This document shows positions 1-11,972 of a DNA stretch of 64,000 nt, one piece after another (positions within the stretch are counted from its first letter, which is position 1; each line of letters begins with the position of its first letter). Where the stretch lies: assembly GCF_000143415.4 (NCBI RefSeq), contig NW_003314264.1, positions 2,613,710-2,677,709 of the forward strand. Direction: 5' to 3'. The translations under genes were made by a program, and so were the position numbers. This DNA comes from Selaginella moellendorffii (Eukaryota > Plantae > Lycopodiophyta). The notes below the pieces were generated by a model. The model worked only from the letters and a program-made list of their open reading frames with translations. It was not told where the DNA came from and made no database searches.

Positions 1-1034
1 GTTCGATATCCTTATTAAACAAAAAACCATTTATAAAGTAACCCTATTATGGATTACTATTTCCATCCTTAGCACTAAACCAATATATATCAATGGTTTG
101 ACATAAAAGGCTCACTATGTCTTGCCCATCCTCTAAAGAGCATAATCTCTCCAACTTAAAAACTCATTTGATTATATATGATGGTCCTTTTACTATGTTT
201 ATTTAATTCCCTTTAAACATGTTAAAGACACCTTCCCTACCTTAATCCCATTATTCATTCCTAAGTAGTTTTAGCTTCTATCAATATAATCATCACACTT
301 TGGAATTGTAATTTTGACTTCTCAAGTCAATTTTTGAAGTGTCTCTGACACCTTTTATTGCACATATTGTGCAAATTTTATTTCTCTATCCTAAGAAATT
401 CTTCACTTAAGAGCACTATCATCCTCTTTTTTATTCCATACCACCCTAAGCATTGAGTTTCACTTATTTATGATTTATGCTAAAGTTGTTGATGGCTTTA
501 TTATTTGGCTACTTTGTTGCTCCATTTCTTGGAACTTTTATTTTTGCTATACTAGAGTATTTGGGAAATCCATCCTTGGAAATATATTTTGTTTTCCATA
601 ATTTGTTAATATCCACCATATGGTGGTTTCTTGCCTAACTTATAATTTAGATTCTTTTCAATAATTTCCAAAACCCATTTTGGCTATTAGTTTTTGCTTA
701 TATCATTTGATTATTGCACTAAAATTATTACCTCCATTCTTGAGGTATCCTTTTAGTTTCATAGCAAAAGCTCTACTTTTGCTAAGTGTAGAGAATGTTC
801 AACTTTAATAAATCTCTTTAACATTTTCTACTATAGGTTCTACCCACAACCTACCACCATCTTACACCTTTATTATGGGTCCTTCATTTGAGACTACTGT
901 TTTGGACTCACAATACCATTGTATTGTTAGCTCATTTCCCCTAGGTGTTTTTACTATTTGGTCACCTTAATGAAATCACACCATTACCTATAGTTCAAAT
1001 CAATACTTTGAAGTATGACATTTGGTTTGCCAAA

Positions 1035-1375
1035 TGTAACATTGACACCTTAACTGGCTTACCAATAGGTACTAAGTTTGCTAAACCCTTAAGTTGTTGA
1101 CCATAACTCTGGTGTAAGCTCTTGAATTTAGACTTCTCGGGAGGTCACCTAGCCCAATATTATTCAAACCCAAAGACACTTAATCCCAAATATCCCAAGA
1201 CCTTTAACCAATTGGAAAAAGAGGTGCACTCTTGTTCATAAGCCCTTTCCCTTTATATTTGAACCCTTATGGATCATCTTTCAAGTCGTTCTCTTTAGTT
1301 GTTTACAATCCACCACACTTCCCTACAAGTTTACACCCTCGTGAACGGAAGCTGAGAGCCACAACTCTCTTGACA
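1035..1375 (-). mobile_element. LTR-like repeat copy 1 containing a 5S rRNA-derived core (1130-1184)
   Basis: On the minus strand it begins TGTCA (1375) directly after the purine tract GAGAGGTAGGG and ends GTTACA (1035), 341 bp in all. About 250 bp is repeated 2240 bp downstream. Confidence 0.55.
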
Positions 1376-2400
1376 CCCTACCTCTCGGGTCAAGCCCAAC
1401 CGAAGCATACTGAACCCTTACCAGATGTCAATCAACATGTCGTTCCCTTTGGTTGTTTACATTTGGGGGCATCTCCCACACTTGGCAATGTGCCCAAGCC
1501 AACCCTTCCAGCCAAGGGTCCATAGCAACTAAGATTTAGTGTCCCTATCCCATCACCATATCTTTGGTGCCATTTACACCAAAGTGTTCAAGTTAAATAT
1601 GTCAAACTTTCACACTAAGCAATTTAATTGTACATCACAACTTTAAGGCATCCCCAACTTAGCAATAGGCCCAAGCCAACCTCCTTACTAAGAGTTTATG
1701 ATCATTAAAAAATGAGTATCCTCATATTTCAAACCATCAACACACTTTAGTAAATTTGAGACTCGAACCTAAATGTTATAGGTTTAGGACTCGAACTCAA
1801 CCTCCACATATACATCTACAAATGGCATCACCTAGGATGCCTGATATGACTCCCCACATCGATGCACCAATTTAAACTCAAAACACATATGGATTATAGC
1901 TTAGGAACTTAATTCCTTTGAGCTTTCAAGTCCTCTCACTTGACAAGCTTGCTAATCAGCTTACGATCATACATAGACTCCTCCATGCTAACCCCATATG
2001 CCACCCCTTTTAAAGTTAGCATCTTCAACTTAGGTCTTTATTCCTTTGACTTACTAATCCCACTTAGCAAGTTTTCCAACTAGCATAACATGGTTTTTTA
2101 CATAAGTGTGAAAGTCCTTAAATATTGATTTTCATTCAAAACCATCCTTTTAAACACTTGGGAACCATTTCTCCAACTTTGATAGCCTTGCTTTATGGTA
2201 AACTTCAAGACTATGTTTCTGCTACACTACTCTAATTTTACGCATTCTTATAAACCAGTTATACTTAGCTTTCTAGATATTAATATACTTAAAATTGTTC
2301 CTGGGAACATTATAGGGACCTTGTCCCTTAGCTTGCTAAAGCTTCCTCTTTCACAAGCTTTTTAACTGCCATATGGTTTAATATGGGCAAGTTCATTTCA

Positions 2401-2572
2401 GACTTCATCTTAGACTCCATCTTAGACTGTATCTCGAACTCTATCTCAAACTTTATCTCAAACTCTTTCTTGGACTCCATCTTTGTCTCCATCTCAGACT
2501 CTATCTCGAATCCATTTCAAATTCCATCTTAGACTTTTTTTTGGACTTTATTTTGGACTCCTTCTTGTATTC
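2401..2572. repeat. Degenerate 12-bp tandem repeat (gactccatctta-like)
   Basis: Recurring gactccatctta/aactctatctca units. On the minus strand these read as K-M-E-S-like codon repeats. Confidence 0.7.
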
Positions 2573-2604
2573 CATTTATGACATTTATCATGTGTTAGTT
2601 TTTC

Positions 2605-2937
2605 TTGTATCCCTTTCTAGAGACTCATTCTTTGTGCTCATTCCTATAAGCACTTCATTGGGAATTCCACTCCCACTTTCAATTTTTCAAATTAAAGCTT
2701 TTGGTCTAAATGTATTATACTTGTTCACTTTAACCATTGCTCTATAACACACTTTTGGCTCCAATTTAAAGTTTTGTATCCCTTTCTAGAGACTCATTCT
2801 TTATGCTCATTCCTATAAGCACTTCATTGGGAATTCCACTCCCACTTTCAATTTTTCAAATTAAAGCTTTTGGTTTAAATGTGTTATACTTGTTCACTTT
2901 GACCATTGCCCTATGACACACTTTTGGCTCCAATTTA
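2605..2937. repeat. 169-bp tandem duplication
   Basis: ttgtatccctttctagagactcattc...ttttggctccaattta starts at both 2605 and 2774, with few substitutions. Confidence 0.9.
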
Positions 2938-3329
2938 GGGCTTAAGGATTTGTGTCTCACACCTCACTCTTCCAAGCAAGTCACTTGGTTCATGGTATTT
3001 TGGATGGGGCTACATAAGTATGGCTGTGAAACTTATTGCCTTCTAGGGCTTCCTCACTACTTGTAATAGGTGGCCAGCATGCTTGCTTTACCCACTCCCA
3101 ATCCTACATCAAGTTAGCAATGCTCATCCTTATATGTATTGTTAACTTGCTAGCATATCACTAGATCTACTAAGATATATCTAGGATATGCTAGAGGATA
3201 TCAAATTCCAATTCATGTAGCAAGAGTTGCAAGTTTTATCCCATACACAATTCTCATCCTAGAGAGTAGGATTAAGTGGCATGGAGGCAAACCATTACTT
3301 ATATTAAGTTCCACAACCATCATCTTGGA

Positions 3330-3615
3330 GAAAAACTTGTTTACCAAACAATTATAAACTTTTAAATTTGGACTTCTTAGGAGGTCATCCAACCCAGTAC
3401 TATTCAAACCCAAGGACACTTAACCCCAAATATCCTAAGACCTTTAACCGATTGGAAAAAGAAATACACTTTTGTTTTTGGGCCCTTTCCCTTTATATTT
3501 GAACCCTATGGATCGTCTCTCAAGTCATTTCTTTTGGTTGCTTGCAATCCACCATGCTTTCCTATAAATTCATGCTTTCGTGAACAGAAGTTAAGAGCCA
3601 CAACACTCCCAAAAG
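3330..3615 (-). mobile_element. LTR-like repeat copy 2 with 5S rRNA-derived core (3370-3424)
   Basis: Clear similarity to 1120-1370. The core ggacttcttaggaggtcatccaacccagtactattcaaacccaaggacacttaac matches the reverse complement of plant 5S rRNA at about 44/55 by hand alignment. Termini unclear. Confidence 0.6.
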
Positions 3616-4671
3616 CACTCTTTGCAACTGAGTATATGGAAGACATCCTCCATTTGGTGTTTGATACAACATATATATACATTGCTTCGTGTCTTTTAGG
3701 GATTAATACAAAAACGAATCACCCATAGTGCTATTCACTCCATTTGGTGTTTGAGTACATTGTGTATATAGCCACTGACTCCTTGGCACCTCAAAATAGC
3801 AAATGTGCTCCACATATAGTGATAAGTCCCAAAGGTTCACTATTGCTGGTAATTGTTATATTTTGGCATGGCAATTGTCCTCCTTTACAACTAGTGTTGT
3901 AATGTGTAAACTATCTAAGTGGAGAAGTCATTAATGGGATCAATAATTATTGATCCAAGCTAAGTTGTTTAGGTTTGGAATTCCTTCCACCATCCATCTT
4001 ATTGCTTGTGGGAGAGGCTAACAGACTTTTACATTGTTGTAAACAACTAAAGGGAACAAACTTATATTTAGTATTAGAGTGGTTTTAAGTCCAACTCTGT
4101 TAATTGGCTTAAGGGAATCACCCTATATATTGATTAACATCTAGTTGGTTTAGTTTGCTCTTGTTGGGCTCGACCCAAAGGGTAGAGTATCAATAAAACA
4201 AAGGCCTATTACCTTTATAAAATGGAGTGATCAAAAAAACAACCAAGATGAAGGATCAATGAAAACTCTTGGAATGTGTGAGGTAGTACATCTTATGCTT
4301 CTCAGTCTGCCAAAAGTGAACTGCTTATTATCTTGTTCCTGTCAAATTCTTGCTCCACAAAGTCCCTGTTTAGTCGAATCAAGAATATGCTAGTCGATTA
4401 AGAATATTCGATTGTTTCTGACAGATTATAGTTGGTAATTAAAATCTTTCATCGTCCCCGTGTGGTCTCGCTGCCGGCCTTGCAGTGTAAATGCGACCTC
4501 GCTCCCTCTTTATATATCCAATAGCTACGCGACGCCATAGCTAGGGTTTGGCCAAGCTTCTTGTCCGAGAGAGAAAGTAGATATTCCTGCTCTCAGGGTT
4601 TGATCGATCTTCGTCGGTGCCTTCCATGCGCTCCTAGGTAGGGTTTTGAGGCGCTGCGAAGAAATCCCGGC

Positions 4672-6577
4672 ATGGAGGTAGCGCCGTCGCCGCGGCATCC
4701 GCCCAAGCGCGGCTCGAAATTGTCGTCCGCCAAGCGCCGCGCGGAGACGGTGGATACGGAGGGAATGTGGTGCTGCATTGTCCGGCGGCCGGCAGCGGCG
4801 ATGGTGCGCGCGAGCGGAGAGGAGGAGTGGCGCCGGCGGGGCTCATCCGTGGCGGCGGCGCGGCACGACGAGGAGAATGCCACCACCGGCGGCAATGCGG
4901 GCTCGGCCAAGAACTCCAAGGAATTCGTGCTCAGGCCCAAGGAGCTGGAGGCGCTCATTAAGCAAGGCACGGGGATCGTGGTGGAGCGCACCAGCAAGGG
5001 CTCGCCCTTCCGGCTTCGTCTCTCGCCAGGAAGAGTGTCGCCCATCTCCGAGACTGCCATCGTCCCCGTGACGGCTTCTTCTTCCCCGGCTCTTGGCAAG
5101 TGCTCCAGCGGGAAGATGCTCATGCCCGTCTCTCCGCCCGTGGACAAGGCGAGAGCGTCGCCAACACTCATGGAGATGATGGCGCTCGAGCAAGACATCC
5201 ACAGTTCCAAGCAGTCCGTGATGCTCTCCTTGCCCAGGCCGCCGTCCGTCCAGGAGAAAGTGGACGCGATTCTCCTCCTCCGGAGCCCTGGCAACCAGTT
5301 CAACGATCCATCCTCGAGCGATGTCAAGCTCACCATCACGGGCAGGGATGGTTTCAGCATCTCGATCAATGTCCACAGGCACATCCTCACTGCCCAGAGC
5401 CGCTTCTTCGCGGCAAAGTTCTCGGATTGGTGGTCCAAGCAGCACAGGATGCCGCTCAATGCCGTGGAGATCTCCGACTGCGAGGACGTGGACTTGTATC
5501 TCCAGACCATCCGGCTCATGTACTGCCGGGATTTGAGGCGGAGCTTGATCAAGGAGAGTGTCACCCGAGTTCTTGGGATTCTAAAGGTGAAAATTTTCTT
5601 CCTTTTTTTTTCTCTGTTCTTAACTGGTGTCTTTCTCTCAGGTGTCTGCGGCAATTCTCTTCGAAGCTGGCGTGGTTTCGTGCCTCGAGTACCTGGAAGC
5701 CATGCCGTGGCCAGAGGACGAGGAAGAGAGAGTAACATCGCTCGTCTCTCAGCTCCAACTGGACAGTGTCGCGTCAATGGAGGTACTCAAGAGGCTGAGC
5801 AGCATAGAAATGGTGGAGACGGAAAGCATCGTTGCCAGGCTCTTGCAGTCAGTGATTCAGGGAACCGACGAGAAGGCCCGGCGTGAGACAAAGTCTCTCG
5901 TCTCCAGGATGCTTCGCGAGAATCCTTCCATAGCCAAGGACTCGTGGGACTCTTGCCGGGGTTGCATATATCGGGCTTGCGAGAGCTGCCTCGAGGCTCT
6001 AAGTCGGCTCTTCACACAGGTGATCGAGAGCTCCAATGCGGCCGGCTATGAAAAGGAAGGAACACTCGGCGCACAGATATCTCGTCAGGCTGATAATCTC
6101 AACTGGATGGTGGATATCTTGATCGATCGGGAGATAGCAGATACTTTTGTCAAGATCTGGGCTTCTCAAGCGGAGCTCGCCAGCTTATACTCTCGGATTC
6201 CAAGCGTCTACAGATACGACGTGAGCCGGATCACTGCTCGGTTGTGCATGGCCATCGGCAAAGGCCAAGTTTTGGTGCCACAGGACGTGAGGTTTTTGCT
6301 GCTCCAGACGTGGTTCCAGCCGCTGGTGGATGACTTTGGATGGCTGCAAAGGTGTTGCAAGAGCTTGGACAAGAAGTCCGTAGAGGAGGGGATAAGCCAA
6401 ACGATCCTTACGCTCCCGCTCAAGCAGCAGCAGTTCATCCTCCTCGGCTGGTTCGACTGTTTCTCGAGGAGCGCTGGTGACTGTCCGAACCTCAACAGAG
6501 CTTTCGAGGTGTGGTGGAGGAGGACTTTCGTGCGGCCATTGCTGGAGACGAGCTGCGTTCACCAGCTTACGAACTAG
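4672..6577 (+). CDS. BTB/POZ domain protein (At1g63850/At3g50780-like), 2 coding exons (intron 5587-5641)
   Basis: FNDPSSSDVKLTI...VHRHILTAQSRFFAAK, SCLEYLEAMPW and CPNLNRAFEVWWRRTF motifs. A 55-nt GT-AG intron joins ORFs 4672 and 5627 in frame. The start could be a later ATG. Confidence 0.9.
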
Positions 6578-8011
6578 CGAGCACTAAGGCGAGTCTCTGT
6601 CTTTGCTCCTCTCTTTTCTTTCCAACTCGTCTGCCGTCTTTAACTTTACATCTTGTGGCCTGGTTGTAGGATGGGGACGAGGACGTATCAATTCGAGCTG
6701 CCAAAACGGGCATGCTGGAAAGAGTACCCGACGGAAAGGCCTTGGCGCTCACGGGTTTTCCTGTAGAGAGTTCCAGGTCGGTTGGGCTTATTTTATCTCT
6801 ATAACATGTTTGTGTGTGTGTGTGTACATATAATGTACAAATACATTTCAGATTCTGCCGGAGCACCGTGGCTGGCTGGGCAGGATTCTTCGCTGCGGCA
6901 GAAGCAGCAGCCTGGTGTGGAGGTGAAAAAAAGAGAAACCATTACCTCAACAGGTAGTGTTGCAGGACCTTGACAAAAATCTCTCCAGTAGCTTGCAAGG
7001 CTTTTCAGTCTGGCTTGATCTTGGAGTGTGGTTTGCTGCTTCTGTTTTTCTATTTTCCCGTTATTATGATTCTTGGAGCTTTGTTGTTTGCTTGGCATTG
7101 GCAATGGCATGTGTAGCAACAGTGATACTTTTATCTCGTAAATCCCGCAGGCCTGCCTTGCTCGTTTGGTTGGCTCGCTGTTTTGGTTTTGCAGGGACGG
7201 CCTTCGTTTCCACAGAAGTTAGCAGATCAAACAGGCGATTACAGCAGCAGCACAAGAGGTACTGTAGTGTTTGTCGGATTGTTTTACTTTCTCGTGCCTC
7301 TCACTTTCAAATGCCGACAGGTGCGTTGTCACGGGCGAGCTGTGCGGTGCTGCAGTGCTTTTTGTGTCGATCGAGAGCAAAAGAAAAGCACGGAAAAAAA
7401 AAAAGTGGAGGAGGTGGTGATGACCACTGTCCTGGCAGCGCAGTCGCGGTGTAAGAGATAGCAATGTGGGAGAACGAAGACTGTTAGGTGCTGCCTATAG
7501 TGACTGAGGGTCCAGGAATTATAACTCGTTTGACAACGAGGAAGCGAGAACTTTGCTACCAGTGTGAGAATTACTCTTGCGCAGTATCTGTAAATCGTGG
7601 GCCACTTTTTTGCGCAGAGGCAACTTCTATGGACATTGAATAGAAGTGATGTAAACTTCTAAGATAGGAGGGGAAGGAAATAACTCTCCAGGATCTATAA
7701 AGCCCTGGCAGCTATCTTCGACAAAAAACTTACATGATGTAATTCCAGGGACTTAAAAAAAACCAGAGACTTAAAAAACTTCAGGGTGGCGATGGAATTC
7801 AAGGTGGAAGAATGTTTGTCATTAATGCTTCTCCCTTCCATGCCACCATTGCGGAGATCTTGGCTTCTCCGCCATGTCCAAGCTTGCTGGAACTTGCGAG
7901 TAGAGGTCGAGACCGTGAAGCAACCATGGACGAGGTGGTAGACCTTTGGAGAAGGCGATTATGTAACTTTGCGTTGCCAGTGCCTCGCAAAGTTTTGCAT
8001 GCTCAAGCCTA

Positions 8012-10667
8012 TCAGGTTGCCGCGCAGTCTATCCAAGTCCCAGTGCTGCTCAAGATGGAATCACGGTCGCTCTCGCCAGAAACTGCCGAGACGGCCTTTC
8101 GAGCGCATTCGTCCCACGCTCTAGCCATGGCTCGGACGGTGACAGGCCGACTATAATCCAATGCCCTGGTGAGCGCCTCTCTAGCCACCGCTAAGAGCGA
8201 GTGGCTATCAAACACAACCGGGATAAGCACGAGGAGGATGGAGACAAAAACTTACTTGGAGTTTGGATCGAGATGGTCCGACATAAACAGCGGAGCTTCT
8301 GGATACGTCGGGGGGACGAACACTCGCAGCGGTGGCAAAACGGCCTGCCATTACGAAATAGTCAGTCAGGCAAAGAAACTTGGTGGAAGCCAAAGATCGT
8401 TTCTACCATGTCTGGAATGTAAGTGAAGGTGAGAACAAGTCCTTTCTTGCCTTCGGATGCTGCTTCCTCGCTCCCGTCTTCACTGATATCCACCACGGTG
8501 TCGATGAGATGGTCATTCGTGTCGCGGATCTCTTGCTCCAGGACGTAACTTATCTATGAGCACAGAAACGAGTAGAAAGAAGAAAACGACACATGAGCAT
8601 CTGTACCTCGAGCTTTTGACGCTTCCAGCCGGATATGACCTCGGGCGACTCGAGATCGGCCTCACCACCACCGTCGAGGCTGTTGGAAACACTTCCATCC
8701 GGGGAGATTACTGTCAGCGCAAGGGAATCAAGCGGACGCTTAGAGTTTGGCTTCCCTCGAGTTGATGCCAAGGCTCTAGCTCGTTCCCGGCTGTTTGTCA
8801 TGGCTGCCAAATCCTCTCCAACAGCAGCTGTACATCCAGGACCCGGTCCCGTGGCGGCGAGCCTGTCGGACAGATACACGATCGATGCCATTTCCCTCGC
8901 GCCCGCGCTGAGAGCTTTCGGAGACATCGTTCTCACCTGCGGTGTAGGCTGATAGAAACCAATGAAGGAAAAGAGTAGACTTACGATCTTGAGAAGCCTC
9001 TCCAAAGGATCGGGACCAGCCGGATCAGCAGCTTGCGCAGGACTTGCAGACAAGTCCAAGAAAGGTGACGCTGAGATGCCCGGCGAGAGTACGAGTGGAG
9101 GTGCGGTCGACTGGATCGCAGCCTTGCTGTCGGAGTCGTCCTCCTCGATCGGTGGAAGAGTCATATGCGGTGGTGTCACCGGCGAGCCAACTTTGACGTT
9201 GTGAGGAGACGACGCTTGAAAGGTCTGAGGAGATGGAACCGGCTGAGCTGATCGAGCTCTGTGCCGCTTCGCATCCACCATTCCCCGAATGCCCATCTTT
9301 GAATCCTCCAGCATTTTCAGCTGCTGTTGCTGCTGCTGCTGGAAGAGTTGGGACGCTTGCTGCTGCTGATTCGACGTGTGCATGGCATGTGGTCCAGCAT
9401 TTTGCCCCGGATTTGTAGCAGGCGGCTGCTGCTGCTGCTGCTGCTGCGGGAGATTTTTTTTCAGTGTATGCAGAATTTGCTTCTCGCAGTTGTCCACCAT
9501 TTCTAGTCCAAACTTCTTTGGAGGGTTGTCTCTCGACAGAGATAAGACTCTAATGAACTTGAGTATGTAGTTCATGTAATAATCTAGCTTTGGTAGCTGA
9601 TCTGCGGGTAGTGACTGCATGAAAGAGGTTAGTATCAGCAGCTGGAAAAGAACAGGAAGGAAAAGCTTACCCGTTTCCGTACACAAAGCTTATCCCACAC
9701 TTGTTGGAAGTGTGGCAAATGCTTGTCCTTCAAGATTTGAAGCTGAAATAGAAGAGATAAACATACATGGATTGTTTATAAAAAACCGGTTACCTTGTTC
9801 CATGCCGCCTCTTGCTCGTCGATGGTTGGATCAAGCGAAGCTGTGAAGGAAACAAAGTAAACTCGCTCGCGGTCATATAAAGAAAGAGAGAGCGTACCTG
9901 AGGGAGTTTCGGCTTTTATTTTCATCCCGAGAGGCAGACTTTGCTGCTGGTGTTGAAGCATTTGTAGCTGCTGCTGCTGGAAAGATTGAGCACCCGGCGG
10001 CAGCATGGACGCTGCTTGATGCTGGCTGGAGAGTCCAGTTAGATGCTGCTGCTGCTGCAAAAGGCTCGCGGCCTGTTGCAGACCCTGCTGTGGATTCATC
10101 CGGTAGAGCTGCTGTTGTTGCTGTTGACGAGCTTGCATCATCCTCATGGCGGCTGGGTTTTGCGTGACGCTCACTTGCTGCGCTTGCATGGTGCTGTTAC
10201 TAGAACTTTGAGCAACTTGAGCTTGGGCTTGTCTCATTTGTAACAACTGCTGCTGCTGCTGCATGATTTGGTTTTGATGTTGAGCCTGCTGAGCCACGAG
10301 TGACGAGCTCCCAGGCGCCACCTGAGCGCGATCGCTGGTCGTGTTCTTCGCGACCAGCTCCGCGGTTATCTTCCTATGATAGTCTTGCTGAAAAAAAGGG
10401 GGGGAATTTTTTGATGGATCCTCCTCAGAGGTAAAAACTTGCCTCATCCGTGGCGGTCTTGTACACCGCGTCCTCGAGGCGGGACGCGATCTGGAAGAGC
10501 TCGTTTATGCCGCCTGGCGCGTGGAATTGCTTGTGCAGCGTGCCCATCCTGCGGGCCATGAACGATCGTGTCTCAAGGAAGAAAAGCCCATAAAAAACAA
10601 TCCAGAGAAGGAACGCTTACATTCTCTTCACCATCTTCTTCCGCTCATCGCCGCTCCGCCAAGCCAT
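8012..10667 (-). CDS. MED15: Mediator subunit 15 (MED15a/NRB4-like), multi-exon
   Basis: The spliced N-terminal KIX domain reads MAWRSGDERKKMVKRIMGTLHKQF..GINELFQIASRLEDAVY..QDYHRKIT. The middle is Q-rich. The C-terminus has LEQEIRDTNDHLIDTVVDISED, LPLRVFVPPTYP and AMARAWDECAR...TGTWIDC. Confidence 0.88.
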
Positions 10668-10767
10668 ACGAAAGGCCAAGAAAAAACCCTACTAGGTAGC
10701 TCAAACTCCAAAGGAAAAGTTGATAACGAGATCTTGGTTTCTAGAGAAAAAAAACCATTTTTTCTAG

Positions 10768-11940
10768 CTAGCTCGTTGGCCTCCACTCGGAAACTGAAGG
10801 CCACAAGCACTTCGGCAGCTCTCGCCTCCACGCCGCGAGATCTGGGAAAGCTCCAGTCATCGCGACGCAGTTATCGTGCGGGAAGAACGTCCGGGTGCTC
10901 ACTCCCCCGCCAGGAAACGCCTCCATCAACGCCGCCACCGTCTCTCTCATGGTCGCATCCCCGTCCCTGCGATCCTCGGCCTCCACGCACGATCCTCCGC
11001 AGTTCACCATTATCCTGCCTCCCGGCTTGAGCCTCTCGCCGAGCTCCCGCCATGTCCGAGCTCGCTGGAGCGGCGCTATAACTCTGCCTTGCCAGAAGAG
11101 GTCGACGATGATCCCCGCAAAGCCACCTTGCACGACCGCGTCGCGAGCCAGAGCATCGCCGATATGAACTACGAGCTTCCCAAGTTCTTCTCCACTGCAG
11201 TAACCGGAGTCATTGTCTTCCTCGTCCTCGTCCATGCCTGCTAAGTCGCTCGGCTTTCCATTCTCCAAGTCCAGCATTCCAAAGTAGCGCCTTCCAACTC
11301 CGACCACGGAAGCGTCCATCTCCCATCCGTGGATCTCCAGCCGCGGCCAGAAGTGATGGATGATCCTCGCGGCGGTTCCAGCGCCGAGACCCAGGATGGC
11401 GATCGGCCCCGGCGGAATTAGAGGCGGCAGCATCGCGAACGAGTCGTAGTACGAGCCTGTGAGGACCTTGAAGAAGAAGTGGACGCTGTGGATGTTGCCC
11501 GGCCTGTCCAGGAGCAACACTCGCGACCCCGCTAGTGTGGAGTCCGCACGCCGGGAGATCTCGAGCACTTGGACCAAGTTGTGGCGGCTCCGAAACTTTG
11601 TGAGCACCTTCACGTCCTCGTCTAGCACCTCTTGAGACCATCTGCCTGGAAGATCATCTCCTTCTAGATCCTGTTCCACTATTCTCAGCTCTTCCTCACT
11701 CCAAGCTGCTGCTGCTGTCGATGGAAGAACGGCCGGTTTTTCAGCTATTCTTCCAGCTGACTTTGAGAGTTTCGAGCCATACAGACTGATTGGCGGCATT
11801 GCATGGAAGAATCTAGTTCGTGAGCGCCTCGAGGCCATTCCAGGCGTTGGATTTTTCCTACCTGGAACGTCAATGGCGGCAGGCTTCGAACGAATGGAAC
11901 AAGTTACCCATTTCGAAGTGGAGGTGATAGCTCTCGCCAT
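10768..11940 (-). CDS. Intronless SAM-dependent methyltransferase (spermidine-synthase-like fold, At5g63100-like), probable transit peptide
   Basis: ILGLGAGTAA motif I, HGWEMD, VHIGDA, GIIVDLF and LKPGGRIMVNCG. ATG at 11940 in good context (agcATGG). Confidence 0.85.
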   Translation of the reverse strand: MARAITSTSKWVTCSIRSKPAAIDVPGRKNPTPGMASRRSRTRFFHAMPPISLYGSKLSKSAGRIAEKPAVLPSTAAAAWSEEELRIVEQDLEGDDLPGRWSQEVLDEDVKVLTKFRSRHNLVQVLEISRRADSTLAGSRVLLLDRPGNIHSVHFFFKVLTGSYYDSFAMLPPLIPPGPIAILGLGAGTAARIIHHFWPRLEIHGWEMDASVVGVGRRYFGMLDLENGKPSDLAGMDEDEEDNDSGYCSGEELGKLVVHIGDALARDAVVQGGFAGIIVDLFWQGRVIAPLQRARTWRELGERLKPGGRIMVNCGGSCVEAEDRRDGDATMRETVAALMEAFPGGGVSTRTFFPHDNCVAMTGAFPDLAAWRRELPKCLWPSVSEWRPTS

Positions 11941-11972
11941 GCTATGCTTGTAAAGCCCTAACAAGGTCTTTT

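Larger units (their letters stand above)
1..4400. mobile_element. Decayed retroelement tract (AT-rich, strongly CpG-depleted, no long ORFs)
   Basis: Very few CG dinucleotides, internal dispersed and tandem repeats, an LTR-like repeat pair, and an abrupt switch to GC-rich genic sequence near 4450. Confidence 0.7.

Noticed and set aside
1849-1862. USE-like motif (tccccacatcg) suggesting an snRNA gene
   Set aside because: Imperfect match inside TE-like sequence, with no recognisable snRNA downstream.
3370-3424. Functional 5S rRNA gene
   Set aside because: Only about 55 nt of the roughly 120-nt gene is matched, with no 5' or 3' ends, and it is embedded in a longer LTR-like repeat.
4593-5777. 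394-aa minus-strand ORF
   Set aside because: Antisense shadow of the GC-rich BTB exon with no recognisable domain.
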